Below are positions 36,487 through 48,885 of a stretch of DNA of 64,000 bases, piece after piece. The stretch spans positions 1-64,000 of the forward strand of contig NW_026250438.1 in NCBI RefSeq assembly GCF_024521635.1. Reading direction: 5' to 3'. Numbering within the stretch: the first letter of the stretch is position 1; each line of letters starts with the position of its first letter. A program made the translations under genes and the position numbers. The notes under the pieces are model-generated. The model made no database searches and was not told the origin of the DNA. It saw only the letters and a program-made list of their open reading frames with translations. The stretch is from Tricharina praecox. Taxonomy: Eukaryota.

Positions 36487-38146
36487 GATGAATTGATGAC
36501 GATTTGCTTTTTAAGGCTTGTTGGGGCTTGGTGAGGCTTGTTCGGACTTTGTGGTGCTTGTGAAGGCTTGTGAAGGTCTGGTAGTGTGCGGTGTGGTATT
36601 GATGTGTAGATGTTCCGTTTATCGAAGCTGGTGCGGTATGCTGAGATGGTGTGATGAGATGGTGTGATGATTAGAAAGAAAGGCCAGGAGTGAGGGATTC
36701 ATCCCTTCAATAAATACTAAGTTCTCGAACCCAGAGGACCGTGTTTCGTCCTACTGCTCCACGCGAGTTGGAGGAGGACGGACGTCATGGCGGGCTCATC
36801 GGTGCTGCTTTACCTCCCACGACGTAGGTAGACAGGTGGGACAGGTAGGCCGGTCCGGATTGTTGGTCCAAGCACCACCACCTCCGCAGAGCAAGGACAA
36901 GCCCAATCAATGCTTGATTATTTTTTTGACGCGGGCCTTGGATCTTGCTTTGGGGGGCGGATGAGACAGCTGCGAAGACGGAATCTGGATCTAGGCTTCA
37001 CCTGTTTGGTGGGTTTGTTACGGCTACATACAAGCACTGAGACGTGGGCCTTGGTTTTAGAATTTCGCCTGTCCGCCGGCTATCATAGAGTAGGCACTCA
37101 CAGAGAGAGATACTTCTCCATGGCGGGAAGATCCGCTGGCGAATGATATCTCATGCCCGCCGCCACGCCTGCAACAATTCTCCGTATCTTGTGCGCCCCC
37201 ACCCCCCACCCACCCACCCCTTACCGCTAGAAAATCCAAGCAAAATCCAAGCAAAATCCAAGCAAAATCCTGCTTCCCGGTGCTTCCCAGGAATGTGGAA
37301 CACTCCAACTCCAACACTCCAAACACGCGCGCGGAGGAGCTCCGGAGCGGGCATAAGATTGCAGCTTTTGGACGACGTTAGACGACGATCTTTGCCCGAT
37401 ACTGCCAGTGGTGATGTTATCAATGTACGCCAAGCAAAAAACGCCATTGTCGTCACTCCGCGATCAGTACTGCGCTCTAACGTTAGTCTGGTTGACTAAG
37501 TTAGTGCTGAGGTGCTAGTGGTATAGTACTACATATACAAAGTGCTGCTGATCCGTGTTCCGGATCCACCGCTCGATCATCAACCCAGCCTGCCAGCCTG
37601 CCGTGAACAGATCGATATGTAGTCGAGATGCGAGAATGCGAGACACTTTTCCGGGTTGGGCTGGGTTGGGTGGTGGGTTACGGACGGACATCGAGGCAGG
37701 AAGAAAGGGAAGGGAAGGGTGACAGAGTCTGTGCGTCACCTCCACACTTCCACGCTTCCACTTCCACGCTTCCACAACGCCTCTAGCTATCTACTCCACC
37801 GACGCGTTCGCGCGGAGGAGACAAGATATGGAGGGCGGGCGGCGACAGCTTCCGCGGACTATGCGAACGAGCTCATAGGAACGTACTCTACTTCACTAGG
37901 AACATCACTAGTAGCCGGCCGCGGCTGTTAACGCAATCCGCCACTTTCGCGCATGGCCTTGATCAAAATCCCATCCGGTCCTTGCTGGTGGTATTGAGCA
38001 GACAATCGACGACGTCGACGGCAAAGGCAAAGACGGCAGAAGCATCGACACGTTTTGGGCTTCATAATCACCTACGTATTCACCGGACTACTACTCTACA
38101 CGCAGACGAAGAGACCGAGACCGAGAGAGAGCGATAGATACCGAAG

Positions 38147-39871
38147 ATGCCGTTCCGAAAGAATATACGAAAAATCCTCTCAAAGCTCGGCGGCGACAAA
38201 CGCGATCGCAGCGAGAAATCAGCCCCGTCGTCGACATTCCGGCCATTAACAGCCGATACCGTTCGGCCAGCTGGCTCGAATGTGTTCACCGCACCGACAG
38301 CGAGCGCGCCGCGGCCGGTGCCGCAGCACATCGCTGCGCCGGTTGCAGTGCCGCAGAACTACATTCCTACATCTATTGACAGCAGTTACCATCCCGGCGA
38401 TGCCGTCGGAGGCGGGCAGTCAAGCAGTCCCACTGTGCCGCCGCCGCCGACGCCGCTGCTCGATGGTTACGGCGAGGGACTTGAGCCGAGCCCGGGGCGT
38501 GGCCAGAGTTTTCCGTCCGGAGGACTACTGCGGCCCGGACAGCACGACGGCGAGAGGATCATAAGTCGTCGGTCGACGAGTGGGATCACTTCCACCACCG
38601 AGGCGAGCAGCGATTACGACCAGCACTGTATTCTATCACCCATCCCCCCCATCCCCTGATCCTCCTCCGCAATGATTGTGTTAATGATTATCTCGCAGCG
38701 ACTACACACTCCCTCTGCGCCTCTCCCGTCCCCACCTCGGCATGCGAGGTCATGTCCGATATCAACCGGGGTTCGGCCGCTGGCACGACTCCTCCCGCCC
38801 GTGCCGCCGCCGCCGCCGCCACCGCCTCCGCCGACGGCTCTCTCATCCTGCGTACGCCATCCCCTCCCTCCCTCTTTGCAACATATGCTCACACCCCTCC
38901 CCCCAGCGCCTCGACACACGCACAGCCCGGTAGTAACCGATTTCCAAGGCGTAACCAGCCAAGTAACCAGCACGCTCGCGCCCGGTGCGCCTACCTCCGG
39001 CTCCGCGGTCTCGCACGTGACGACTAACCCCTCCTTAGCGATAGTGCACACGACGGTGCACCCGGTGGTGACGGAGGAACAACTCCAGCGCGTAACCCGC
39101 GAACACCATCACCACCACATCCACCCCCTCATCCAGCCGCTGGTCTCACGGCACATCCTGCCAACAAAATACTACCTCCAGACCGACCCCGCGGACCCGA
39201 GCGTCCTCCGCGAGATCTCCGCCGCAGAGGCAAAGGCCTACGGCGAGCCGGTGTACACCGCCGAGCACGTCGTCGCGGGCGACCCAGTCGCCGAAGAGGT
39301 CTTTGGCTCGGTGCCGACGACGCATACCCGCATCGCCACGCCGCATATCCAATCGACTAGGACTCACGCCTCCGCCCTCGCCCCCGCCCGTGCGTTCCAG
39401 ACAGCGCAGGACTCGGAACAGGAAGTGAAGCGAGACGCGGAGCAGCGCGAGGTGCGCGCGCTTCAGAGGGAGGTAAGCGCCACTGGGGGCTCGGGCGTGC
39501 ATGCCAGCGGTGCCGGTGGTGGTGCAAGGGGGAGCGATTCGGATAGTTTTACGTCGTCGCTGTCGGATGAGCACAATCACAACTACAACCAGCAGCGTGA
39601 GAATGCCGACTATCTCGGGGATCTCGGGGATCTGAAGGATTCGCAGCGGTGGCTTACGGCGACGGGAACAGCGACGGGGCCAGGGACGGGAACGGGCACG
39701 CCGACGGGTAGGGAGGATGCGACGGTTGTTAGGACCGCGACTTTTGGGGGTGGTGGCGGTGGGGCTGGGAGGGCGCCGCCGCTGAGGCCTGCGGATAGAG
39801 CGGACAGAGCGGATGGTAGACCGGACTCGGTGGTTGTGGGGGGCACGGGGGTGTTGCCGGATTACCTCTGA
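38147..39871 (+). CDS. Low-complexity protein with a His-rich allergen-like motif
   Basis: join(38147..38627,38699..38851,38907..39871) with phase-1 introns; motif IVHTTVHPVVTEE..RVTREHHHHHIHPLIQPLV...ILPTK resembles the neighbouring gene. Confidence 0.7.
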
Positions 39872-40457
39872 TCTACTTGAAGTATGTATTGTACGTGGGG
39901 TTTCTTCTGTTCGACTGCTTCACTAGGTACTTACCTACTACCGTATACCGTACTTCGTTTAATTGCTGTACTATATTGCATTTGTATGCATCCGTGTATA
40001 ATCTGTATAATCGAAACACATACCTACACTTAAGCATTAATCACCAATCCTTCAAACAGGCAAGCCGTGAGGTTCAAGCTTCACAATTCTCTTGGCGATG
40101 TTCTCTCGGCGATGTCTGCGATCGCTTTACTTTAGCGGCTACTTTATTACTAACCGCGCATGGCCTAACCCTCTCGCCGGAACCGGGCTTCACACGATTG
40201 CGTCACGATCCACAGCGATCCCCGCGCCGATCGCGACGCTCCACCCCGTCCGTTCCCAAGGCCGTGCGGTGCGGACATCTCGCCCGAATCCATGCAAGTA
40301 TGATATGTACATAGAGTGTCATGGCGATAAGCGATAGCCAAGGGATATTTGTATATTGCAATTTGCTTGCACTCTACTCTCTACTCGTACACAGACGACG
40401 CAATCGAACTTGCTATCGTAACGAACGGGATAGGTAACTGATCTCCATGGATTCAGT

Positions 40458-41784
40458 TCAGTTAATCCGAACGGTTTCATACCCCAACGCCCACCTCCAG
40501 TCGACGACCGGCTGCATTCCCACCGCCACGAGGCCCTCGACAAAGAGCACGTTTGTGGTCGCGAACCACGCAAGCATCCATACACACCCTACCACTCTCC
40601 CCGCGCGCCCTTGCACACCGAGCACTCCTCCCAGCGGCCGCCCACAAAACTCCTCGAGCCCGATCCCCACCGCCTGCAAAAGGAAGTAAACCACCATCCC
40701 CCCGTCGGTGCGCGAGATCGTCCATGCCGGCAGCGCGTGCAGCACCGCGCTGAGCGTGAACCCCGTCAGCACCGTGAGGAGGTGCGACTGTCGCACACCT
40801 AGGAGGCGCGAGAAGTAGGTTGCGTGCTGCAGTGCGGGAAGCGTCAGGCTTTGGTGCCAGAAGCTATTCCGTCGCCGTTCCTGTTAGCTACGGACCCGGG
40901 ATATCGAGGGGGGGACGGAAGGGATGGGGAATGCGCACCCCCACGCTCGCCGGACACTCCAGCAGCTGGTGATGCTGCCGAAGAGGGGCGGCCACTCCTC
41001 GGGAGTGGAGAAGCCGAGAGAGACTGAGACAACGGAGTGCAAGATGTAGCTGCCGTTGACGATGCTGTAGATCCCGAAGACGCACAGGTTGCTGCGATAG
41101 CTGCGGACCCAAAAGGGCGCCGTGACGACTTCGGCCACTGTCGGGTACAGGATGTGGCTGGGGACTGTGAGCGCGAGGATTAATGCGAGCTTGCGGAGCT
41201 GCTCGCGGACGAAGGTCCTGGGTTCTGTCAGCGGGAGGAAACCGTGGGTACTGGAGCGTGACCTACCATCGCGGGAGGGCTGGCGTGGACGCGTAGCCCC
41301 GCGTACGTACTTCCCACGCCCACCCCACGCCGCGGGTGTTGTTATACATCGCCCACAGCGCCAGCAGCCGATCCTTCAGCCCCCACGTGCCGAAGTAGCC
41401 CTCCTTCCCCGGGCGCGCGAGCGCGACGTTCTTCTGCGGCGGCGGCGAGCAGACGAAGAAGCTGACGAAGCGCTGGTAGAAGCCGACGCAGATGATGGAG
41501 AGGACATAGTCCTCGGCCTGGCCTAGCCCGGTTGTCGACCGCACGATGGAGATGAGTAGCGCGGTGAGGAGTCCGAGGAAGAGATGACGGTTGAGCGGGA
41601 AGGGCGGGATGAGGAAGGGGATGACGAGGAACGCGTGGAAGGTCAGGAGCGCGGGGATCGAAAGCTGCGGACGCCCGAGGAGCGCGGCCTCCGGGTGTGG
41701 GGATAGTAACAGGACGTGCGGGAGTGATCGCTGCAATCCGAGGAATACCGCCCTGTCGGGACCGTTGATTTCGCCAAAGTTCAT
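40458..41784 (-). CDS. Membrane-bound O-acyltransferase (MBOAT_2 / wax-synthase-like)
   Basis: complement(join(40458..40863,40939..41217,41267..41784)). Multiple hydrophobic segments; NTRGVGWAWE, EEWPPLFGS...SVRRAWG|FWHQ, F.LSAVLH, FLLQAVGIGLE. Confidence 0.9.
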
Positions 41785-42070
41785 CGTGGGCGGTGGTGAT
41801 GCATCGGAGGGGGAGGACGTGGGTATGTGTACGATATCGGTACGTACACAAGGTCCCGACAAGGTCTCTCCTCTCAAACACAGAGTCTCAACACGGTCTC
41901 TCTCTTCTCCGATGCTCACTGCGGCCTCTGCTCTCCCTGAAACTACTCTAAGCCGTTTCTTGCTTCGACTAGTTAATAGATCGCAGGCTGACGTCGATTG
42001 GCACTCGCCTTCGATCAATCGCCGCCACTGTGATGGTCGTGGATAGAGCACGTACACTGAAATCGGCAGA

Positions 42071-42166
42071 TGTGGCGTGTGGCTACGGTGTGGCGTGTGG
42101 CTACGGTGTGGCGTGTGGCTACGGTGTGGCGTGTGGCTACGGTGTGGCGTGTGGCTACGGTGTGGC
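42071..42166. repeat. 18-bp minisatellite, 5.3 copies
   Basis: TGTGGCGTGTGGCTACGG x5 perfect, upstream of the MBOAT gene. Confidence 0.95.
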
Positions 42167-44185
42167 TAGAAGTGTCCATAGCCAGGGCCATCATCCGCGC
42201 TCTCATCTTTGCAGACAGAGCACACACCAAGAAACCCGCAGAGCTACGTCTTCTTTCGATTTCCCTCTCCCTCTCCCTTCCAAAGCGTCGACCAACATGC
42301 GTAACACCACTTACCTGGTCTCCGTTTGCCCCGTCGGCGCCCCCACCCTTCCCCGGATCCACGTCACCCGCCTATCCCCCTGGTGCTATATCCTTAGGCA
42401 TGTACAGTACATAGCCCTAGCACACACGCACTAGACTTTAGTTACCGTGCGATACCGGTTTTTGGGTTCAATCATCATTGCATTCGACCTCAGGCAGTTA
42501 CGTACCGGTTTCTTGCACCGGGGAGGGGAGCTCTCTCACTCCTCAATGGCGCCTACAGCCACCGCTCCGCCTGCGTATCCGCATCTTCCCTCGCCGCGGC
42601 TTAGTCCAGTCCTTGGATCGAGTGATAGGTATCGAGTATCGAGCATCGAGTGGTAGGTATCGAGTATCGAGCATCGAGTGGGTAGACCAACTCTGCAGCA
42701 TCGACACCCGTGTCCTACCGTGATCCCACCGACTCCCGCCCCTCTGGCCATGTACTATGCCTCATCGCCATTCAACACTGGTACAACAATGCCGTGTACC
42801 CAGGTAAGCAATACACTTTTTTTTTGTTTAATCATTGATTGCATGCGACCTATCTAGATCATGGCAATATCACCCCGTTCACCCCCCCCCCCCCCCGTTT
42901 CCACGCCACTGTCCAACCCGGCTTGCACCGAGCGGCCCGATGTGGCTTTCCCTGCCCCCGCCCCGGCCTGTCCCAAAAAAAGCAGATACACGGTAAAGAC
43001 TGAAATGGGCCTGCATGCCCGCCTCTTCCCCCCTCTCTTCTCTCCCCTACGGGCTGATTCGCCCGCTCTTCCCACCTGCATTCTGTCCCTTCTTTTGACG
43101 GTTTTCCAAATCCTTCAAATGGGGCTTGCGTGCCTTTTCCGGCCTGGCGTTCTTGCTCCCGCCGACGAAGACGGTCACATGTACGCCGCCCCTGCCGCGA
43201 GCAATATCAGCCCACGACGGGACGCTTCCCTCTCTTCCAAATATCATCCCTCTCTTCTCCGGTTGGTGCGGGGTGGGCGGCCCCGTCAATTTCCGTTTCG
43301 GCCGCGGAGGTGGTGTCGATGATGGGGGCGGCAGCGGCTGTGTACACAGCTTGCAGGTAAGCAATACACATACATCAATAATTTCTATCGTCCGCCCAAG
43401 CCGAGCGAGCGCCCGTGATCTTGGTTCTCGCCGCGTGCGACGCCGGCAGCGGCCACGCGCCACAGACAGCAGCAGGAGCAGTAGTAGCAGCAGCATGGGA
43501 CTCCGCACGTTGACGGTACTGTCACGGTACTGTTACCACAGCGGCTGTTATCGCTTTCAGACCCAACTCGGATGTGGATTGAATGTGGATTGGACGTGGA
43601 CCGAGTGAGATCTCCTGCCGCCGCGGACGTCATTCGGCAACTATGTAGTATTTTTAGCTCCGGCTGCGATGCTGTCGAGTCTGGACATGCGCCAGTCTTC
43701 TCACGATTACAAAGAAGCTTTGCAAAAAGGCGAAAGACGGGACGAAAGAGTACCAGTAGAGCGAGGACATATCCCTATGATTGATCATCAAATTTACCGA
43801 AAGTAATTCATATCCATATCCATATCCATATCCTAGACGTTCCCCGCATTCCACCATCTCGCCTCTCTATCATCGCCTCGTCCCCTTCCCACCTCGATCT
43901 CCCCCCCTCTCTGCCAAAATTATCGTGACGCCCAAGCCCAAGCCCAAGCCCACTCCCATGAGCCCATAAGAACTGAAAAAGGAAAGGAAAAAAAAAAAGA
44001 AATCCCAAAAATGAATGCCTAATACCCCGTAAATGCCCAAGAAAAAACCAATGAAAATGAAGAACCATGCTCGCCCCCCTCGCAAAAATGACAAAAACAA
44101 AAACACCTAGAATCTACCCGTACCAAGAAAAATCATACCAAGAAAATCATAAACCTCATCAGCTCATAGTTACTCCGTTCCTCCG

Positions 44186-46422
44186 TTACGCAGTCGCAGT
44201 AGCAGTCGAGTTCTTCTTCCCGCCAAAGAACCTCTCCGCATCTCTGCTGTCGACCATATCGCTATCCTTATACTCCATACCGCAGCGCTTCTTCTCGGTG
44301 ACCTCGTAGTACGTCTCGAACTCGGTCCACTCCGGCAGCTCCTTCTTGCCGCGGTATGTCACGACCGACGAGGAGACGCCGACTTTCAGTGAGGGGATCA
44401 GAGAGAGGTCGTAGTAGTTTTTCTTGCCCTGGTTTGTGTTAGTATTGTACTCAGTGGATGGGGGGCGGGGCAGGGGGGGGGGGGGGGAGTGTACCTTGCG
44501 CATAACCCAGTCGATGTTGCCGCGGAGGTACTTCACGACGGCGAGGGGGTCGTTGACATCGATACCCTCCTTCTCGAGGGCATCGGAGAGGGGGACCGCA
44601 GCGGTAACGCGCATCTTCTTGTCGTGCTCTGTGTATTTAACCTTTGCAAGCGCGGACCCGGCGCCGACAGCGTATCCTTCGCCCTCCGTATCGGTGCCGT
44701 TATTGAAGTAGATATCGAGCTGGGCGGTGCCGCCAACGTCCGCGGGCGAGAAGACGAAGTGGCAGATCCACTCTCTGCGGGTAGTGGTAGCGTCGCCATC
44801 GCGCTTCATCCGCTGGTTGACCGTGCGCGGCGCGTACAGCGCGTTGACACGGGCGACGACGAAGGCGCGCAGCTCGGCTGCGGGGCGGCCACGGTACGTG
44901 GTCGGCACCTCGGGGTACGCGTACCCAAAGTCCCAGATTGACGCGGCGGTCGTCACGTCCTGCGACGTGAAGTACCCGCCCGTGGCTTTGCGGAAGGGCC
45001 ACAGCGGCGTGTTGATATCGTCGACGTCGCCGTCCTGGACGCGGCGGCCGAAGACGCCGGTGGCGGGCTGCGGGGTGACGCCCGTGCCGGGCCGTGCGGC
45101 TTGGTACATGGCGGTCAGCCGGTCGACGTTGGCGTGGTGGAACCAGAAGATCGGGTCGAAGGAGGAGTAGTCGACGAAGGACATGTGGCCCGAGAGGGGG
45201 TCGTCGGAGCCGCCGATCGACGCGTGCACCTGGTTGTGGATCGACTCGATCGAGATCCACGAGTTCGGGTCGCCGCCGGAGACGTACGCGCTGCTCGAGA
45301 ACGCGCTGAAATTAGGGATGCTGAAGAGGTTGAAGGTGTTGGCGCGGCGTGCGGCGAAGTTTGCCCGCATCTGCTGGTCCGCCTCGTTGTTCTCGCTGGT
45401 GAGCGCGTCGACTGGCTGGCGGAGGGTGTATTGTGCTTCTGCTTGCAGGCCGCCAAAGTGTTGCGCCTTCAGCCGGGTGTTGGTGAACCGGTACTGGTAC
45501 AGCGGGTTGGGGATGGTGACTTGTTGCGGTTGTCCTCCGGCAGCGGCCGGTCGAGTTACGGTGACTGTCGGCCGCATGATGATGGCGGGAATCGCGGAGC
45601 CATCCTGAGCCCAGTCCCAGTATCTACCATGAGTGTTAGCCAGAGTGTCGCAGCGAAGAAGAAGAATACGTACGGGAGTCGGACTCGCGCCGCGGCAGCC
45701 TGCCATCTGCCCGCCTGTGCACCGCGGAATTTCCTCCCCTCGTTGACAGCGTGAGCCGAGATCCTCTGCTCGATCAAGGCGAGATAGGGCCTATGCCATG
45801 TTGCAAACAGCACGGACGCGTGGGTGCAGTATCCGTAGTCGGAGTCCTGGTTTGGGCTCGCCGGCTCTCCCCACGGGATATGCGGGATGCCGTGGATGCC
45901 GGCAATCTGGTAGTACGATAGCGGGTCGGTCTCGGAGACTTGTTGCATCATGTACTGAAGACACGTCAGTAACTCGCTTCACCGTCGATCGAGAGCGAGG
46001 AAGCAAAGCATACCAAAGCCCAGATAAACATGTTGAAGACGTCCGGCTCGGCGGTCTGCAGCAGGCCGATCGGCCTTCGCTGCACGATCCCGCCCGATCT
46101 GGCTCCCGTCACGGGCGTGAACCCGGCCTGCCGCCGGAAGAGCTCGTGGGCGTGGATGTCGTACTCTGCTGGTGATTTCTCGCCGTTCTTTACGCATTGC
46201 GAGTAATCTGCACGACACCGTTAGTACCCACCAACCAAAGGGCACAGTAGAGCGGAGATACGAACAGCTGTTGATACTGCTGCAGAAGTATTCTTCTGGG
46301 CAGACGGTGCCCTTGTATGAGTCGTCACCGCCGCATTGGCCCCAGGGAGCGGCAACAGTGGTTGCCGAAACCAACGATAATAATGTCGAAGCGGCGAGTG
46401 CCGCGAAAGTCCAGGACTTCAT
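44186..46422 (-). CDS. Secreted tyrosinase/polyphenol oxidase with N-terminal CBM1
   Basis: complement(join(44186..44428,44495..45623,45674..45954,46014..46207,46266..46422)). Signal peptide; CBM1 WGQCGG..YKG..C...YFC...NSYYSQC; CuA IAGIHG...YCTH...FATWHRPYL; LPYWDW; CuB ESIHNQVH...HM...FDPIFWFHHANVDR; C-terminal domain. Confidence 0.95.
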
Positions 46423-48329
46423 GGTGATGTGATGTGATGGGGGTATTAGGAATCAGGAATTAACAGTAGACGGTTCTGTTTATGTTTTCTATTCGGACGG
46501 ACTGATCTGCCAAAGTGAATTGGAGGACCGGCTGATGATGATGGTGATGATGGTGAGGTAGAGAGGTGGGGAATTACAGGCCCGTGGTTGAAGCGGTGTA
46601 CCGCGCTTCGACTTGTAGCCTATCAAGTGCCGGATGCAGTGTTCGATGCGGGATGCCCAACACGAAACTAGGACCGGAGGCCTTTATACTTGTACTCTCG
46701 ATTTTCCCGTCACCTGTGTCATGTATGTACTTGGATAGATGTCCGCACCGCCCCCGCCCGGCTCGGTGTCTGTTGTGTCTCTCCCAGGGAATGGGGATGT
46801 GCTGGGATGAGCCCCCGGTCGAGGCGGTATGTACCAACAGTCCGGGTAGTAGGATTGACTGAGCAGTACCAGATTTGTGGGTCAGTATAGCACCTACTCC
46901 CATAGTAGTTAGTAGGCCAGATACTGAAGGCTGACGGACCAGCATAAGCATAATAGCAGTTGGATGCAGTCATGTCCCTCGATAGCGGTGGCACAGCCTC
47001 TCAGCGATGACAGCCCGACACTAACTCTGTACGGCGCAGGAATAACTAGTACTCACGGGACCCATGGATTCTCAGGCCGGCCGCAGACCGTCAGCCCACA
47101 TGCACGTTGGGGCCCGGATCGTCAACGTTGTCTCTTCGGCAGTGGTGTGGTCTTTCGCATCACGCCGTGTGTATGGGAAAGGAATAACCGAGTAAGTAAG
47201 TCGACAGAGTAGATACTCAGACAACAGTCCGCGTGCTGCTGCTGCTGCTGCTGTCCGTCGAAATGCCGTAGATACAGTACTAGCAGATCTCGGCGCCCCA
47301 GGCACACTCGCCCGTCACGACTCACAGCAGTGCAACTCAATTCCCCCATTCGCCGGCCGATGTGATGATGGCTGCAGGAATCCCGCGCTCCGACAGATCC
47401 AATCCCCGGAACCGTCCCGCACTCGCGAGTCGCTCCTGTTCTACGCCCAATCCATGCCCGGCCGGTGGGGGCTGGCCTAAGAAGCCGGACACGCACCGCT
47501 TCCGGGACTGACTGACTGACTCGCGCAAGGCTGGAGTGCTATTCACCTCCCCCTCGCCTCTGCGACCACGGTTGAAATGCAAGGTGACCACGGCCCCGTT
47601 TCCTCAGCCTGCCGCCAAAAATGGAGACGAACGTCGAACGACTAGCTCAGTAACTCTCAGCCTCCCAGTGCCCACCCCGGATTATTTTCGGCATCGCATT
47701 GTTTTCTCTCGATGCGTTGGGGTTCACTTCCCTCGTGGCGTGGGGGATCACTTCTGGAGACGATGAGGCTGTACAGTGTGTACTCCGCTGCTGTGCATAT
47801 CGAGAAGGAAGGGTCGCAGGCGGCCTGAGAATCAAGAAGTCCCATATGTGGTTCGATGCTAGTTCTTACTCGAATCGGCAGGGGTCGCAGTCGGAGAGAC
47901 GCCCGGAATAGATTTTTTGATTGCTTTTTCTGCAGGCGAGAGGGGAGACTGCGAGTGGGGACTCGGGTGTCACACAAATGTTCACGGGAGGTGTCGACCG
48001 TCCATTCAGTCGACGATGATATGATCGAGCACGGTAGGGCTAGCCCTGCTCGGATAGCCGACGTGAGGCCCGGTGCGGGTATGCCGCAGCGGATTCCGCA
48101 ACGGTACGGTGCTCAATAGTACTCTACATACGTTCCTGAGGTGTCGACCGATGGAAAGTAGACGAGAGGGCACCGTACCGTACATAGATATTTGCTACGC
48201 CAGGTGATTACATAGCAGGTACTTGTCGAACGTAGACTCACGAGTAAGTAACCACCTACATGTGTACATACATGCGGTTACGCTGATGGTTGATAAGCAC
48301 ACATGTCACCTTGTGGTTGAGTATTATGC

Positions 48330-48750
48330 CATGTCGTCAAGTATTACCATGTCGTCGAGTACTCTAACATGTCGTTGAGTACCAACTATACTGTACCATG
48401 TCGCCTCCATGTCCTTACTCTACATATTTCCAGAAGCCCGTTGGCGGCGCTGTGGATATATTTCGAGTACTCAGCAGACCGTGTCGTCGAGTACTAGGTA
48501 TACTCTACCATGTCGCCTCCATGTCCCTACTCTACATACTTTCAGAAGTCCGTTGGCGGCGGGGTAGATGTATTTCGAGTACTCAGCATATACCATGTCG
48601 TCGAGCTTAATACCATGTCATCGAACAATTACTATGCCATGTCGTCGAGCACCAACTATATTATACTACGCCGCCTACGTTTCCTTACTCTACATAGAAT
48701 ACTTCCAGAAGCCCGTTGGCGGCACGGGAGAATGGATGTATTTCGAGCGT
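48330..48750. repeat. Complex imperfect tandem repeat (~112-bp unit plus CCATGTCGTCGAG subunits)
   Basis: TACCATGTCGCCTCCATGTCC.TACTCTACATA...CAGAAG.CCGTTGGCGGC at ~48394 and ~48506, partial third copy at ~48680. Confidence 0.85.
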
Positions 48751-48822
48751 GTGTAGGAGTAGGTAGGCTGCTATACATAGCTACTTCGATATAGTCATCG
48801 AAAATCGCACGGCCAGCATCAT

Positions 48823-48885
48823 GCCATCATCTGAGCCATCATCTGAGCCATCATCTGAGCCATCATCTGAGCCATCATCTGAGCC
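48823..48885. repeat. 12-bp minisatellite x5
   Basis: GCCATCATCTGA repeated five times. Confidence 0.95.

Noticed and set aside
42071..42166. Regular repeats as a CRISPR-like array
   Set aside because: No spacers and a eukaryotic context; it is a plain minisatellite. The same applies to 48823-48885.
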